In this document: positions 1 through 13,800 of the stretch, one piece after another
How positions within the stretch are numbered: the stretch's first letter is position 1
Layout of the letters: every line of letters starts with the position of its first letter
Source: Bugula neritina
Lineage: Eukaryota > Animalia > Bryozoa
Assembly: GCA_964035545.1 (NCBI GenBank)
Contig: OZ037768.1
Span: 4,806,741 to 4,870,740, forward strand
Direction: 5' to 3'
DNA: 64,000 nt
Notes under the pieces: model-generated
What the model saw: the letters and a program-made list of their open reading frames with translations, nothing else
Told to the model about the DNA's origin: nothing
Database searches by the model: none
Made by a program: the position numbers and the translations under genes

Positions 1-944
1 CATTAGTTGAAATCTTTTTCATAGCAGCATATTGAACAAGAAGAGGCTCACGATTAGAAATTTGTTTTTTTAGTTTTGTTGCTATTCCATATAAGATGTT
101 ACCAGTAGTAGCAAGTGTACAGTTTGATTCTGAAATTTCCTTTGCCTAAAATGTATAATAGAAAGCAAAGCATATTCACAACTAGTTTTAAGTTTTGTTG
201 AGAAACTTGAGGGTGATATGCAATCAGGTTAATAAAAGGACAATTAAGGGCCAATAACTGAATAACAACAAAAACAGTTTTATTTTGTCATTTTTATAAC
301 GATTATAATTAATATTAATATTACATGATTTGAAAATGGTATTCTAATTTTTCCTTTTGATTTTGTAAACTCAAACAAAATAGACTTACAGTTACTCTTA
401 CTCGTAGAAAGAAAATTGAGCAGCTTCATATTTTTTTGCTCTTCACGTTTTACTTTTATTTTTACACAAACTAAAAGTAAAATAAAAATCCTATAACTGT
501 ATAACTATAAGACCAAGTACTGTAATTACCAAATTTAATATTATATTTATTATAACTTTAGTTACTGCTAATAGTTTAATTTTGCTTAATTTATTACAAA
601 TTACAATTATAAACTTAAACTAGAAGTTAAAAATAAACGTTTAAGTTTGGTTGCAATTGGAAATAACAACGAACAAAAATAAGGTATCAAATTTCAAGCA
701 AAACTACAAGTACATAATTACAAGTCATTCTCAACAAGAGCATGCCTAATTATGTTTAAGCAAAGTATTATTATTAGTAATACTGTATTAGTATTACTAT
801 TAGTTTTACTATTACTATTAGTATTACCTTTAGAATGATAGAATACAATTTCTCAGCTAGCACGGTATTTTTAGTAGTTTCTTTTGCTTTTGATTCTGTA
901 AGACCTATAGCGACAAACGCATCGTATTTTGAAGTATCACCCAT
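1..944 (-). CDS. QARS1: Glutaminyl-tRNA synthetase, first two coding exons (gene continues beyond window start)
   Basis: Exon 828..944 (MGDTSKYDAFVAIGLTESKAKETTKNTVLAEKLYSIILK, GT donor) and exon <1..145 (AKEISESNCTLATTGNILYGIATKLKKQISNREPLLVQYAAMKKISTN). These match the eukaryotic GlnRS N-terminal domain pattern (GL.E.KA.ET.KN..L; TG.LLY.LA..L; YI...KI). Confidence 0.9.
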
Positions 945-959
945 TTTTAGAAGAAAAAA

Positions 960-1625
960 CAAATCAAAATACTTCTCTTTATTGCAGCTTTAAACTATTG
1001 TTTACAGTTTATTTTTTAGTTTCAGTTTGACTTTGTTTTCAAAGTTGTTTCATCATCTTCAACTTACACGTTCCCACGTTTGAAATCACGTCCAAACAGA
1101 TCCGTAGAGCGTGGCGGCCCCTCAATAAGTCGGTAATTGTTCTATAACATTGTAGTTAATTTTACGGATTTCATATACTCTTCGCAGCGTGGCTATAATA
1201 ATAAAGACCTTTGAATAGCGGACGTTCATGAAAAGCCGACACAGTAGTTCTACAGCGGTTCTCCCTTTATGCGGACAGCCTCCGTTACTCCCTCCTTTCT
1301 CAACAGTTCACAATAACCTTATAATTTTGGACAAAGCTGGTGGAGTGCTCATTAGAACACGTTTGATTTTAACATCACAGTTGAATTGAGTAAACACCGT
1401 TAATAAATAAATGTAATTGTTAATTTTTATTTTCAAATCCATACCCGCTTTCACTCAAGAGTCTGTGATAGTCAATGTCATAGTGTAAAACTTCCTGCGA
1501 GTGTTCCGCTATCAGTATCTTAATCTAAATCCTAGTAGTAGTCGAGGAATTGATTGAACTAAAAGAAGAAAGTTAGAGTAAAAGCCACCAGACAAATCAC
1601 AAACTCAAGCAAAAAGTTTTCAACT
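960..1625. promoter_or_regulatory. Probable bidirectional promoter region between QARS1 and the Bcl-2-family gene
   Basis: Head-to-head genes and a locally CpG/GC-richer stretch (1060-1330). There is a plus-strand GTAAG donor at ~1626 and an acceptor at 2950 just before the Bcl-2 ATG. TSS positions are inferred. Confidence 0.5.
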
Positions 1626-2963
1626 GTAAGTATCGGGTGACACCATAAACATTATTCATATTGGAATGGAATTTCAATAACAATTTGATGTTGTCGACGT
1701 CGTTGCGGTTGTGAGACTGAGCAAGACTAAAATAAAAATATCACTCTGATTATCACTTACTGTTAGAATGTTGAAATGAAAGCTATTTTTGTAAAAAAAA
1801 CTTTTTTGTTTTAAACTAATTTAAAAATTAAATTTCAGGTCAACAATAATCAATAATGGTTATTTCTATGAGTATGATCATCAGATCATGATGATGATGT
1901 AAAATTTGTATTATAATTATTAATAAAATTTGAATCTAAATCAAAATGTAACACTAACAGTAATTGTAAATGTAAAATGTTTTTGTTAATTTTCTGGTAT
2001 TCATAATTCATTCTGATATTGATAATCGTAGTGACAATTGATATCATACTCAATAATTGAGTGATATTCATGATGAATAATGATAGTTAAGATAATTTTA
2101 TAAACATAAGTATTATTATTGATAAATTGTAAATAAGGCATAAGCTCGTGATGATAACTGCGAAATCAATTTCAAAGTAAAATTGATTAAGAATTAAAAT
2201 GTAGCAAATGCCCATCTTTAAGAGCGAGTCTAAAAGTAAAAGCAAGCTAAAACTGGTAACTAACAGTAACTTCATAACACTAACTGTGGGTGAAGTTTAA
2301 TAATAGCATGATTATAGATCAAATAAATATTATTTATTGATAATCCGTAAAATATGACTAGCCTAAGATCAATCATTACCTGTCATAATTGTCAGTATCA
2401 CTAAATTAATAAACATGATAGTGATACTGATTATATTATTATACTTATAGTTAATATTTAGTGGTAGTTTAACATATTGCTACAAATATGTTTCTTACAT
2501 GTACTTATAGGCAACAATCTAAAATAAAATACACACTGATATTAGATAAAAGCATCATTTGTGTTATTGTATAACAATGATTAGATTACCGATCAGCTTT
2601 TAAAGGTTGTGGAATTTGGTATCTCATCAAGATTAGTGTCAGCATGACTAAAGCTGAGGAAAGTATTAATAATTATACAGCTAGCAATAAAAGTGATTAG
2701 TGGTGAAAGTTACAAAAGCATGTAATAATTATAAAATACTATAGATTTTTTTATTTTCAAACTAAATGAAAATCTTAATAGGGTAAACTATCAAATTTTA
2801 AAAGTCAAAACTTTGTCTATTTATTTAATGAATAACTTAATTTTTAAAATTGTAGTACCCAATATATAGATTTGTAACTAATTGTTCTTTTTCGCTCTTC
2901 AAGAGGCTTTTTGGCAAATTTTTGGTAATTTGATGGCCTGCTTATTTTAGTCGTAGAAGATAA

Positions 2964-5900
2964 ATGGTCATGGTGTATGACAGACCAGACAAAATCAGCC
3001 CAAACAGTTACAAATACAATTGTAGTATGGAAGTAGAAGAAATTGTTAGAGATTACACAGCATACAGGTTAAGACAAGCTGGATTCAACAACTGGCGTGA
3101 AGAGCCTACCGAGCACCCTTCTCCTCCACTCCGAACAATCCGGTTATTAGGTCAACAATTTGAACTAGCATACAATAATGCTTTTGATGATATGACTCAA
3201 AATATAGATGTCAGTGGGCCACAGGCGCAAGAAGCATTCACTGGCATATGTACAGTTTTATTCGAGAATGGTATACAGTGGGGAAGAATTGTTGGATTAT
3301 TAGTCTTTGCTGTAAAACTTTCACTAAAAGCTATGGAGAATGATATGCCTAATCGAGTGGATCATATTGTACAATGGACTACAAATCATTTACAGTCTGA
3401 CAGATTTGCTCGTTGGATAACAGAAAATGGAGGCTGGGTTAGTATTAATTATACCTACTAGTACCTTGGCATAATATCTTTAGTTGTGAGTGCTTTCGTG
3501 CTGAGATGGTAACTAGAGCTATTCTTTCACACGTAGCACTTTATTTGTTGTGTTGTCAAATATCTTAATTCTATGTCTTTCTGTCTTGCTTTCAACCCTA
3601 TAATTGAGACACCGCCATTATGCACTAACAGTAGATTTCAACCGGTGATTTAGTATTAATCTACACTGTGATTCAAGGCTAAACTAACTCACCTTCGGTC
3701 ATTATAATTTCCATGCAGTATAGTCAAGCTTTCACACCAGTCTATATTCCTGTTAATTCTTTCTGCTCCCTTGAAATAAGCTACAAGTATGTGTCTAAAA
3801 ATTCGGTAGTGGTGGGTATAAAACAACAAATATTTGAGGGAAACATCAAGCTTAGCACAGCTCATGAAGTATCACATGTTGGCAATAAACTCTTTAGGAA
3901 CTGTTCTCTAAGTGTTGTCTAGTGTGACTTTCAACCCAGGGTTCCAGTTTCAACAGGAACTAACTCTCAGTTAATGAAAGCTTATATTTTGGGATCTAAT
4001 GATAAGTTGTGAATGGTTTCTCTATTTACTATGTTATGTACACTAAAGTGGCCTGCTGATGCCTATATAAATACATTCATTACTAGTAGTCTGGCACAGC
4101 TACTACCAGTTAGTAGTTACAGGCTACAACCAGTCACTCTATCATAATGATCATTTCCAGTGGGTTATGGGTCATCTTTCTTATCTTCAGTTCCGCTCAT
4201 GTGATTTAGTCCATGACATTCTCATCATTCTTCAAACCTCATCATTAATGAATGAAATTTAGCTGTCTTTGTTGTATTGATCATTGAGTAAGATATGGGA
4301 AAATTGCCAACAGCTGCTGTATTTAGAATGTTCGTGCGTAACGTCATGCATGCAATCCTTTAACAGCTACCTGTTCTCATTTCTAAGGCTGTTAGCCTTC
4401 TGAATTATCCAATAACATATGTGTTGAAACCCAGACTGCTTATTAGAATTTGTGTAGTTATTGCTTTTCTATTTCATAATTCTTAAACCTTACTATCTTC
4501 TTCTTTGTCTTCAAAATTCAACAACAATTTGTTTATCATTGTTTCTTCCATTTCTCTACATCCACAGCTGTACACTTCTCAGCACCTGCTCTTGTAGTTA
4601 TTGTCTCTGCTAAATAGTATTTAGAGTGCAGCTGTCACTCTTAATACTTTTACTTTAACAACAAATACCCTAGCTCGGAATGCTAGGTACTGAAATGAGC
4701 CTTGCTCTCAAAGCACAAGTATGTATTAACGAAGTTTAATACCAACAAATTCACTATAACCAGTCTGCTCTTAAATCAGTGAATAATCAAAATTTGTTAT
4801 ATACTGCTTGAAATAATTTGATTTATAACATTAAATAAATTTAAAGCTATATATATATGAAACAGATATTGTAATTAGTAGATTGAAAGATTTTTTTTTT
4901 TAAATTTCTACGCCATCCATCAACTCAGATAGAATCTCTCATTTCATAGTTGCAGCTGTTTATTTTACAGCCTACAGTCTTATTATTTGAAATAAACAAA
5001 GCTTCAGTTAGTCGATAGATTTGATACTGGTGACTAGACCATCACAGCTCAATAATCTAGTTTTCATCAATAAGCTACTTGCTACACAATCAAGCAGGGT
5101 TGGGGTCAATTACATGTAAATGTAATTAATTACAATTACAATTACATAAAGATTTGTCAATTACAATTACAATTATAATTACAGTTAAAAATAAATGTAA
5201 TTAATTACAATTACAATTACATGGCAATGTAATTAATTACAATTACAATTACTTTTGTTCTCACAAAGAATAAATAGAAGTCACTTCTAGGGTCCAACTA
5301 CCAGGGGCAGTGTGAGTGTTGACAGTAGTGAACCTCTTTTGTTTTCCACGGTGATACTATTATGCCATTCCATACCAAATCAACCAACTTTCAAGGGGTT
5401 CTACGTCTTTGTGTCTCAGATTTTGCTCATATTTACACTAAATGGACCTACACATGTTCAGATTACCATTCGTGAATATTTCTGGCCTGACACAAAAACA
5501 TTTTAAGAAATTACTACTTTGGTGAACAAAGGTTGGAAAATATTTTGAGGAAAATTTGTGATTTATACTTTTAGACCAATTTATAAGTAATTTAAAATTT
5601 GATTAGGCGAGTATTTGAAATTTTTCAAAATTTACAAAGATTTGTTCATATTCAATGACTTTGCATATATGCACACAAAGTATTCTGTAATATGTGTTGC
5701 TACTAGTGCAAATTGATAGGTATTATCAAATCACAGAGCAAATTTTTTAGGCTCAGTCTAGAAAAATGATTGAGATATAGACATTTATAGATTAGTCTAA
5801 AAGAAGAAATCACAAATTTTCCTCAAAATGTTTCTCAACCTTTGTCCACAAAAGTAGTCAGTTTTCAAAAAAATTTGTGTCAGGTCAGAAATACTGAAGA

Positions 5901-7083
5901 AGAATACTTGAGGCATGTGTAGGTCTATTTGGTGTAAACATGAACAAAATCTGAGACGCAAATAGACGCGGGCAATTCGGTGAGCTGGCATGGAATGACC
6001 CTACTATATTGACCTAACTATCTGAACTTGTTATTTAACAGTAGGCATTGTAGAAAAAGAAGGAGTTTTTTAAGATTTAAAAGTTTGAAGTAATTGACAT
6101 GTAATTATAAAGTAATTGTAAAAAACAATTACATTAGATATGTAATTAATTACAATTACAATTACATTTTTAAACCTCAATTACAAATTACATTCAATTA
6201 CTTGAAAAAATGTAATTAATTACAGCCAATTACAATTACAAATTACAATTACCCCAACCCTGCAATCAAGTCATCATTACACTGAATACAGCAGCACTGC
6301 TGGTTCTGTTGTGAGATATACATTGGCGTGTGTCACCAACTCACCTTTCTTCTGCTTGAACATTGCTGGCGTTCATTAAACTTGTTCTCCATAATCAAGA
6401 AAATTCATTCTCACCATTTGCTGGTTCACTTGAACTGCCGGTCAAAAAAGATTCAATGGTCATCTCATTCTGGTGGTAATATTTCTCAAAAGTTGTTTTC
6501 TTCCAAATGGATTTGTTTGATTTGAAAAATCATTTGATCTTGCTTTCTTGCTCTCTTGTCCAACAGGTGATATTTGTATCTCCAACATAAGTTAGACATT
6601 TTATTGCCTTTGCAATTTTTTTGCACTAGCCATTTTTGTCTTTCAGCGTGGTTTTGTGGCATTTTATCGACCTGACTTCTTAGAGCATGAAAACATTCAC
6701 CCTAGAAATGAGCAAGGTCAGACACAGTCTTGAAATACATTCCCAAAAGCTTTAGTTAACACAAGTGTCCACCAGTTTTCATAAACAGTTCTGTGCACAT
6801 TGCATGAGTGCCAGAAAAATACTTATTCAATGTAGTGTATATTGCTTTTCTTTCCAGCAGTGCCATTTCACCAAATTGTTACTTTTGCAGCTAACCATAA
6901 CCTGCTGTCTTCTTGTTACCATTATTGTGTCTTTTGCAGGCGGGATTTGTATCATTTTATGACAAACCAGAAAATGAAGGTGTTTCCCAAACTGAAGAAT
7001 TTTCCTGGACAAAGGCCTGCTCTTTGGGAATAGCTACTATAGCTGGTGCTGCTGCTGCTCTTTTCTTTGTACAGAAGAGTTGA
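2964..7083 (+). CDS. Bcl-2 family apoptosis regulator (Bcl-2/Bcl-xL-like), 205 aa, 2 coding exons
   Basis: Exon 2964..3437 has BH4-like EIVRDYTAYRL, BH3-like LRLLGQQFE-type IRLLGQQFE, BH1 LFENGIQWGRIVGL and BH2 WITENGGW, with the family's conserved intron right after GGW. Exon 6940..7083 (AGFVSFYDKPENEGVSQTEEFSWTKACSLGIATIAGAAAALFFVQKS*) completes BH2 and adds a C-terminal TM anchor. This exon is not in the ORF track in this frame. Confidence 0.92.
5095..6262. mobile_element. Non-autonomous hAT-type DNA transposon (MITE) in the Bcl-2 intron
   Basis: TIRs CAGGGTTGGGG...CCCCAACCCTG, perfect 8-bp TSD CAATCAAG (5087-5094 and 6263-6270), and subterminal (AATTAC)n arrays at both ends. Confidence 0.9.
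5361..6001. mobile_element. Second foldback/MITE element nested inside the hAT MITE
   Basis: ~220-bp imperfect inverted arms (e.g. GTCTCAGATTTTGCTCATATTTACACTAAATGGACCTACACATG vs the reverse complement of CATGTGTAGGTCTATTTGGTGTAAACATGAACAAAATCTGAGAC). TACTAT flanks both sides (5355-5360, 6002-6007). Confidence 0.8.
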
Positions 7084-7876
7084 AAATACATTAACCTGAC
7101 AATCCTATCTGGCGTAACATTAGTTACTAGCTTTTATTTTTATATGTCAAAAATGCAGGTGACGCTGTTGAATTTGAAGTAACAAGATATTTTGGCACTT
7201 GCACATCTTCACTGTGGCAACTAGTCGTTATAAATATAGCAGTAAATGCTCATCAAATTAGTCGTGGAACGGCCATTTGCTTCTTTGGTGATGGTGGAAT
7301 TTTTATTTGTAACTCTGATCACCAGACAATTCCATGCATGCATCTATTGCTGATAGTAATGTTGAGTGCGACATTTTTCTCATTCTTCAGTTATTACAGA
7401 ATTCAGCTACATTTATTACAGATTTGTTGGTTTAAAAGGTATTGTAAATTTTAATAGCTGATATATGTCTCAGGTAACCTCTGGCCTATGTAAGACAACT
7501 GATTTCATGTTTTGTGCGAACCAGTTGGTAACTCCATACTTTATTCATCGTCACTGTTGTCTACACCATTTACTGTCATTGAATTCTGAAATATTTTATC
7601 TGATATGTGTTTTCATTTTCTGCAAAGTTGACAGATTGTGTGTAAAGTTTTTATAGCTAAAGGTACAAGCATGCCTATTGCTATAAGAATGGTTGGACAT
7701 AAATATGGTTACATAGATGTATAATATATTTACATATAGTAAAATTAGCTGACAGTTTTATTTACAAAGAGTTGCAAGTTTCCACATTTTATTTACATAA
7801 ATTTTATTTTACTGTATTATTTTTAAAAGTCCACATTTGCAACAAATCTCTGGCTATGTATGAACTTTCTACCAAC

Positions 7877-10800
7877 TCAGCTGAGCTTTGGCGTCAGCGA
7901 TTTAGGATCTACAAAGTCACAAATGCACTTATTAGCAGTGTGGGCTAGTTCATTCTCAAGTTATAGGCTATATTTCTATGAACTTATTAGAACAAAAAAT
8001 AATACATACATTGCACTGGGTTGATTCATTATTCAACTATTCAACTGTTAATCGAGCAGGTATTTTCATTGATTAACCATTAGATTCCAACAATTAAGGT
8101 ATGTGGTTCATTATTAATGGTGAAATGGAATACCTTGTAACCAATGAACTTGCAAAGCAGGCCCATATCCATTAACATTTTTTGCTGCAAGACGGAATAT
8201 TAAAGCATGCTTGTCAGGATCCACATAGCCTGTAGCCAGCATGCTATAGGTAACTAAACACATGGTTGTTATACCAACAAACACCCTTCCAAATGAGATC
8301 TGATCTTTTCGTTTCCTTGGTGAATCCTAGTGGGTAAATAAAGAATTACTTCAGGAAATAAAGCTGTTGCAATCTACAGAAAGATCAATCTTGATTAACA
8401 GTAATGCAATTTGCATTGCAAAGGTTATCCAACAATTTACATTACGAGTTGAGTTTACAGCTCTACTAGCTAGACCAGCCTGTGGCCATACTACACTCAC
8501 TTGGCTATTAGTACTACTACTAGTGTTTACAGCCATGTACACTGAATACTCGTAGATTGCTCCATTCATGTTCATAGGCTCCTCCCATGATATGTGAGCT
8601 CCATCTTCAAGCTACAATAAAATCATACATTCAACACTTCCAGCATCCTGTTGGGTTATGCAGTGCTTTGTTTATACCTAAGAAAATAAGTTCGCAAGCA
8701 GAGTTCAGTTTCTAATATCTAATTAAATGTATATTACAATAGACTAGTAAGTAGTGAATCTAGCTATTGAAGAGTGACATAAGGTTTTACAACAAGTTCA
8801 TTTACAGACATGTGGTGAATGACTGTTAAACACAGTAACCTGCACCTAACCTACAGTAGTCTATTCTTGGTTAAAGTGTTACGTCCATTAGTCTACGAAA
8901 AGCAGTTACAGATGCTACACAGGGTGTATGTTTGTGTGTATTCCTGATCAGTGTGTTTTTATATGATCGGCAGACTTATTGATGAAACCTTTTACTACTA
9001 ATGGTTCCTTGGGCTAAAAATATGGTAAGACCATATAAAAACACACTCATCAGGTACAACTCAGGTATGTAAATACATACATACACTAGCACACTATATA
9101 TGTTAAATCTACTCAATCAGTTATACACATTGGAACTTTTCTGTTGGAGGTCAGAGTTGAGAGATTGGTCAGATCAGCATAGTCTCACCAACACACACTT
9201 TCATAAAGCCTTATGCCCAACTCTCCAGCACACTAAATAAGGATAGGTACTACACAGGTACTTGCTGGTATACAGCTTTAGTAAGCCTCTTTGATAGGAG
9301 CTAATCAAAATGTTTGCTTGGAGATAAGCATTGCAACACAGTTTAACTAAACAAAATACTTAACATTCTTTTTGTTTCCCACTTCCGGTGCTTATTTGCT
9401 TCAGCAATAGAACCAACCAAAACACCTATATACTTATTACAACTCTGGAGTATTAAGCAATCCAAAGAGCTTACTTCAAGTGAAAATGACTACACAACTT
9501 TATAAAATCTAACAAATTATTAATAAACATGGACCAAAAATCCTGCCTAGTAGTTTTAATCACAACTAGTTGAAACTACAAAATATTTTTTCCAGTATAC
9601 AACAGAAAGACATTACTTCCTAAATATTTTGAGTTATATTATTCAGATAATGCTAGTCCATGAACATTTAAACTTCAGTTTCAAATGCTAATTAATAACA
9701 ACTTGTAAAACAACCTTTAATATTTTTACACAGGTAGGCGGACTAGGGAGGTTAGGCAGAGGCGTTTTAAATGCCGATACTTCACTCCATCGACCTCTAC
9801 CGCAAGTGTTGATACCAGCAACTCGTAACTTGTACGAATATCCCGGAACAAGATTCTAAAAATAACATTATTCTACAAATAAATACAACTACAGCTACAT
9901 CATGGTGAATATATGAGCAGGAAGCACAAATTAAGTGGATTCCCGTGTTTATACACCATGCTTTGGTATGAAGTTACTAATTCTACAAGGTATAATTAGT
10001 TAAAAGATTGGTTGGAGACAGCATGAAGCCTAAATTAGCTATAATATCAACGTCTATTTGATTTGTGTATCATGTCTCTAGGGATAACAACCAAACATTC
10101 AACAACATTGATAGCTCGCAGAGAAACATTTCACCCACTACATAGTTTGTAGCAGTGGTCTCCGTATTTTAATAGTAAAAGGTGTCAATAATATTAGCTA
10201 CTCCAGTATAATCATTTAATTGAGAAGATAACTTCTTTTAATATGGAGTTTTATTAAATAAACAAATATTTTTATTGAATTACATCTGGTTCAGGATTCT
10301 CACCGCTAAAGTTGGTGCTGAATCTGATTCCTTGGGAGGCACATGGTAGTGTGTAACCACAGCTGATGTGCCTTTCACAACTGCCACATCTCGCCATGCA
10401 TGTTTTTTGGTTGTACTTATCTAAAAAAAGCATAACTCACTCAGTACACTGTACAACTATACATATTGCAATGCAAAGCCAGTGCGTTCACCTGTTATTT
10501 ACTTACTATGGCTTTGCAATAAATTATTCTTTATATGCAAACCTCGATTACTGATAGCTTGTTTAACTTTTAATACAAGGCATGTCCAACACAAAGTGGC
10601 ACCATCAATCATTCTTAAAAAATAGTTTCACCAAATACTGAAGTTATTTTTCCTAAAATAGAGACAGAATTAATAAATTAAATGTGCACCCATTCGACCT
10701 TGACATTGTGTGTTATAAACATACAACTATTATACATAATGCTATAAGGTGCATGCATATTATAACACCACATTACATAGCATTATGAAGACCTGCATTT

Positions 10801-13800
10801 ACTAAATTAACTGTACTTGATAAGCACATTGTATACGAGCTGTTCCTACTCAAGGGCACTTCACTAGATAAACCTGATAGGCATGCATCACAGTGAATAC
10901 AACTGCAATTAAGTAATGCAGACAGCCTGGGAACTAAACTACACAACCTTATGAGGTACAAACCTTCTGATTGGCTACTATTATCTTATATTTAGCATCA
11001 TTTGAGCTTGAAACATCCTTGTCAGCATTGCTCTCTTCATTGGTTAATGTTTTTATTACGGCTGACTTTACAACAGTAGTTGTTGATGTCACATCCATAC
11101 TAGTAACATTTTCAGTAGTCAATGTGTCCATGGGTGAAGTTTCTGGTGTAGGTTTTGTATGCGTAGTTGAGTTCCCCACATCAGGAATGACGTTGGGAAG
11201 GGTAGCATCTGTCTCAGTAGCCATAGCATTGGTAGAGGGGGCTGATGCTACATTTTTCAGTGATGCAGATAAGTTAGAGGCTCTTGTTACTGCATTCACA
11301 GTTGTGGCAAAGAACTCAGGCCTGCCTTCATCAGTTTCCACTTCTTCTTTTATGGGAGCTTCTGTAGAGGCCCCAGGTGAGGTTGTAAGCGCCCCAGGTG
11401 AGGTTGCAGGGAGCCCAGGTGAGGCTACAGGTAGCAAACAGCAAAAGCCTATGTATAATGACTGTGCAGTGTAAAGCACTCATACCAGTAAATCTATACT
11501 ATACACTTTACCTAGTCACTGATTCAATTCATCATCCTACACAAGCTAACATTGTTTCACTATGGGGTAAATAACCTGGCAAACTGTAGCACTTGATGCA
11601 ATCATCAACATCAAGCATAGCATAGCAGAAATTATAATATAAGTAGCACTTATAGCCTAGTAGAAGTTTTAGTATAGAGCGTATGACAGGAGAGAACAAC
11701 TGTATACATGTAAACAATTTTCAAGTAAATCCAAATGTATTTCCAGCTGACTGACTGCAACTTAGACAGGAGAATTAAAGTTGCTGTTAATCAAATCGCA
11801 AACTATAAATTTTTTATCAACTCATACTGAAGCACTGGTGAGTTAAAGCCTGCATATCTTATTTAAAAATAATCTCTTACTGTGAACGTATTAACAGCTA
11901 AACCTTTACCTGTGGGCTACTTAAAATTTTTAACCCAGAATAAAGATTATGTTGTGAATGCACAAGTATTGAAAGTATTTTTAGAATGCTATTAAAAGAT
12001 AATAAATAAACTAAGATTCCAGTCTGCAACTATAAGAATCTACTACAGTTATATTATAGTAAGTAAGTTAGAAGGTAAAAAGCTTACTAAATATTACTAG
12101 CATTAACATATCTGGTCAAAGAAATAAGCTCCATAATTAAAGACAAATATTCTTAAGAATGTATGAACTAAATACGATACCAAATAACATGTTTAATCAC
12201 ATCGTCTCCCAATGCTATAGAATGGATTTTCACAGTATACAAAACACACTGCAGGTTAACACCAGCAAGCCTTGAGCTTTCTAATAATGTAAAAATAGAA
12301 AGGTAGCCAAAAGATCTCCAAGATTTCATACCAGAGCTGGGTCCAAGTTACATTAATCGCAGTACTTCCTAACTCCTGAATCCCATGATATGATCAACTG
12401 AATTGACTTGACTCAACTTGACTAGTTGTGACTTGAACCCAACTCTGCTTTACATATTTTTCTTGCTCCTGAGGACACTGAGTAAACTATATTATGAAGA
12501 GTTCAACTATACCATGAGACGTCATATAGCAAGCTTACAGAACAGTGAGATAGACTGCTATTATTATTATGGCAACTTATTTAGTAATTTTTAAGTTGCA
12601 ATCTGACGTTATTAGAGGCAGTAGATGAGAGATATGTAGTATTACTCATAGGACTTGAAACCTTTACAGCATTTTCAAGTTACAATTTTCTAGTACTAAT
12701 GAGGCTGTCAGACTACAGTTGAAACTGAGCTGTGAACGTGTTTTTCGAGCTGCTCAGTTTCGTTCAGAAATCAGACAGTTGTGACGTCACAGAGTTCACA
12801 GTTCAGTTTCAACTGCAGTCTGACATGGGCATAAAACTAAGCATCGAAGCATTGAATATAAGTTATTATAGAGTAACCGCAGCTCTGAATGCTAATATCA
12901 CACCATCAAGCAGTTCAATAATACGATTAGTAGTTACCAGCAGCTATCTCCAATCCAGTCATCACATCTTTGGCTTGTTCACCCCCAGTACTTATCTGTT
13001 CACCCCCAGTACTCATCTGTTCAGCTATAGCTGACTCGGCTGAAACATACAATACCCGACAGAACTTACAGCAAACAAATATCAAACAAAGACAGCATTA
13101 CAGAAATAAAGAAAAAAAATTAATTTTAATGAAAAATTATTTATAAAATATTCAACTTTGCATTTCTTTCAGTCATAATAAAGTGGAGATATTAATAAAC
13201 TATAATCAATATGAATTAGAATTATCCCCCCTCTCCTGGACTATAAGTTCAGCTTCTTTATCAGCGTTACCTGTAGTTGATGGAGTTGCAACACTTTTAG
13301 GTAATTTCGGGTCTGTTTTGGGGGCAATGAGAACAGCCTGTCTGCCAGAGGTGTCGGTGTGAACTTTTAATATAGTTGGTTGTCTTTTGATAAGGTTGCT
13401 AGCAGCTTTACTAGGTGCAGTGGTGGGTTTCATGTGAGCAGGGCTAATGATCTGTAACATCTGCAACAAAGAAGTATATAATAAAATCTCTTGCAGATTG
13501 TATAAACCTCTACAGAATGGGTTACAATCACTTCTTAATCATTCACAATGCAACAAGCCACAATTTTTTTTTGAAATGTGTAAAATCTTGAACAAAATTA
13601 CTTTATACGTTCAATTATGTTATTATGATTATTGTGCACCAGTAAAGCAGTTGATGAACCATTTTAAATATTATAAAGAATAAATATAAGTTTATTGAAG
13701 AAAATACACTTGTAGAGTTACAGCATAAGCATATATAAATGTGAACACTAGAGGAAAAGTTACGCAAGATATTATTGTTGGAAAGATTACATATACATGT

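Noticed and set aside
10971-11474. 167-aa plus-strand ORF
   Set aside because: Antisense shadow of the HCF S/T-rich exon 10964-11424.
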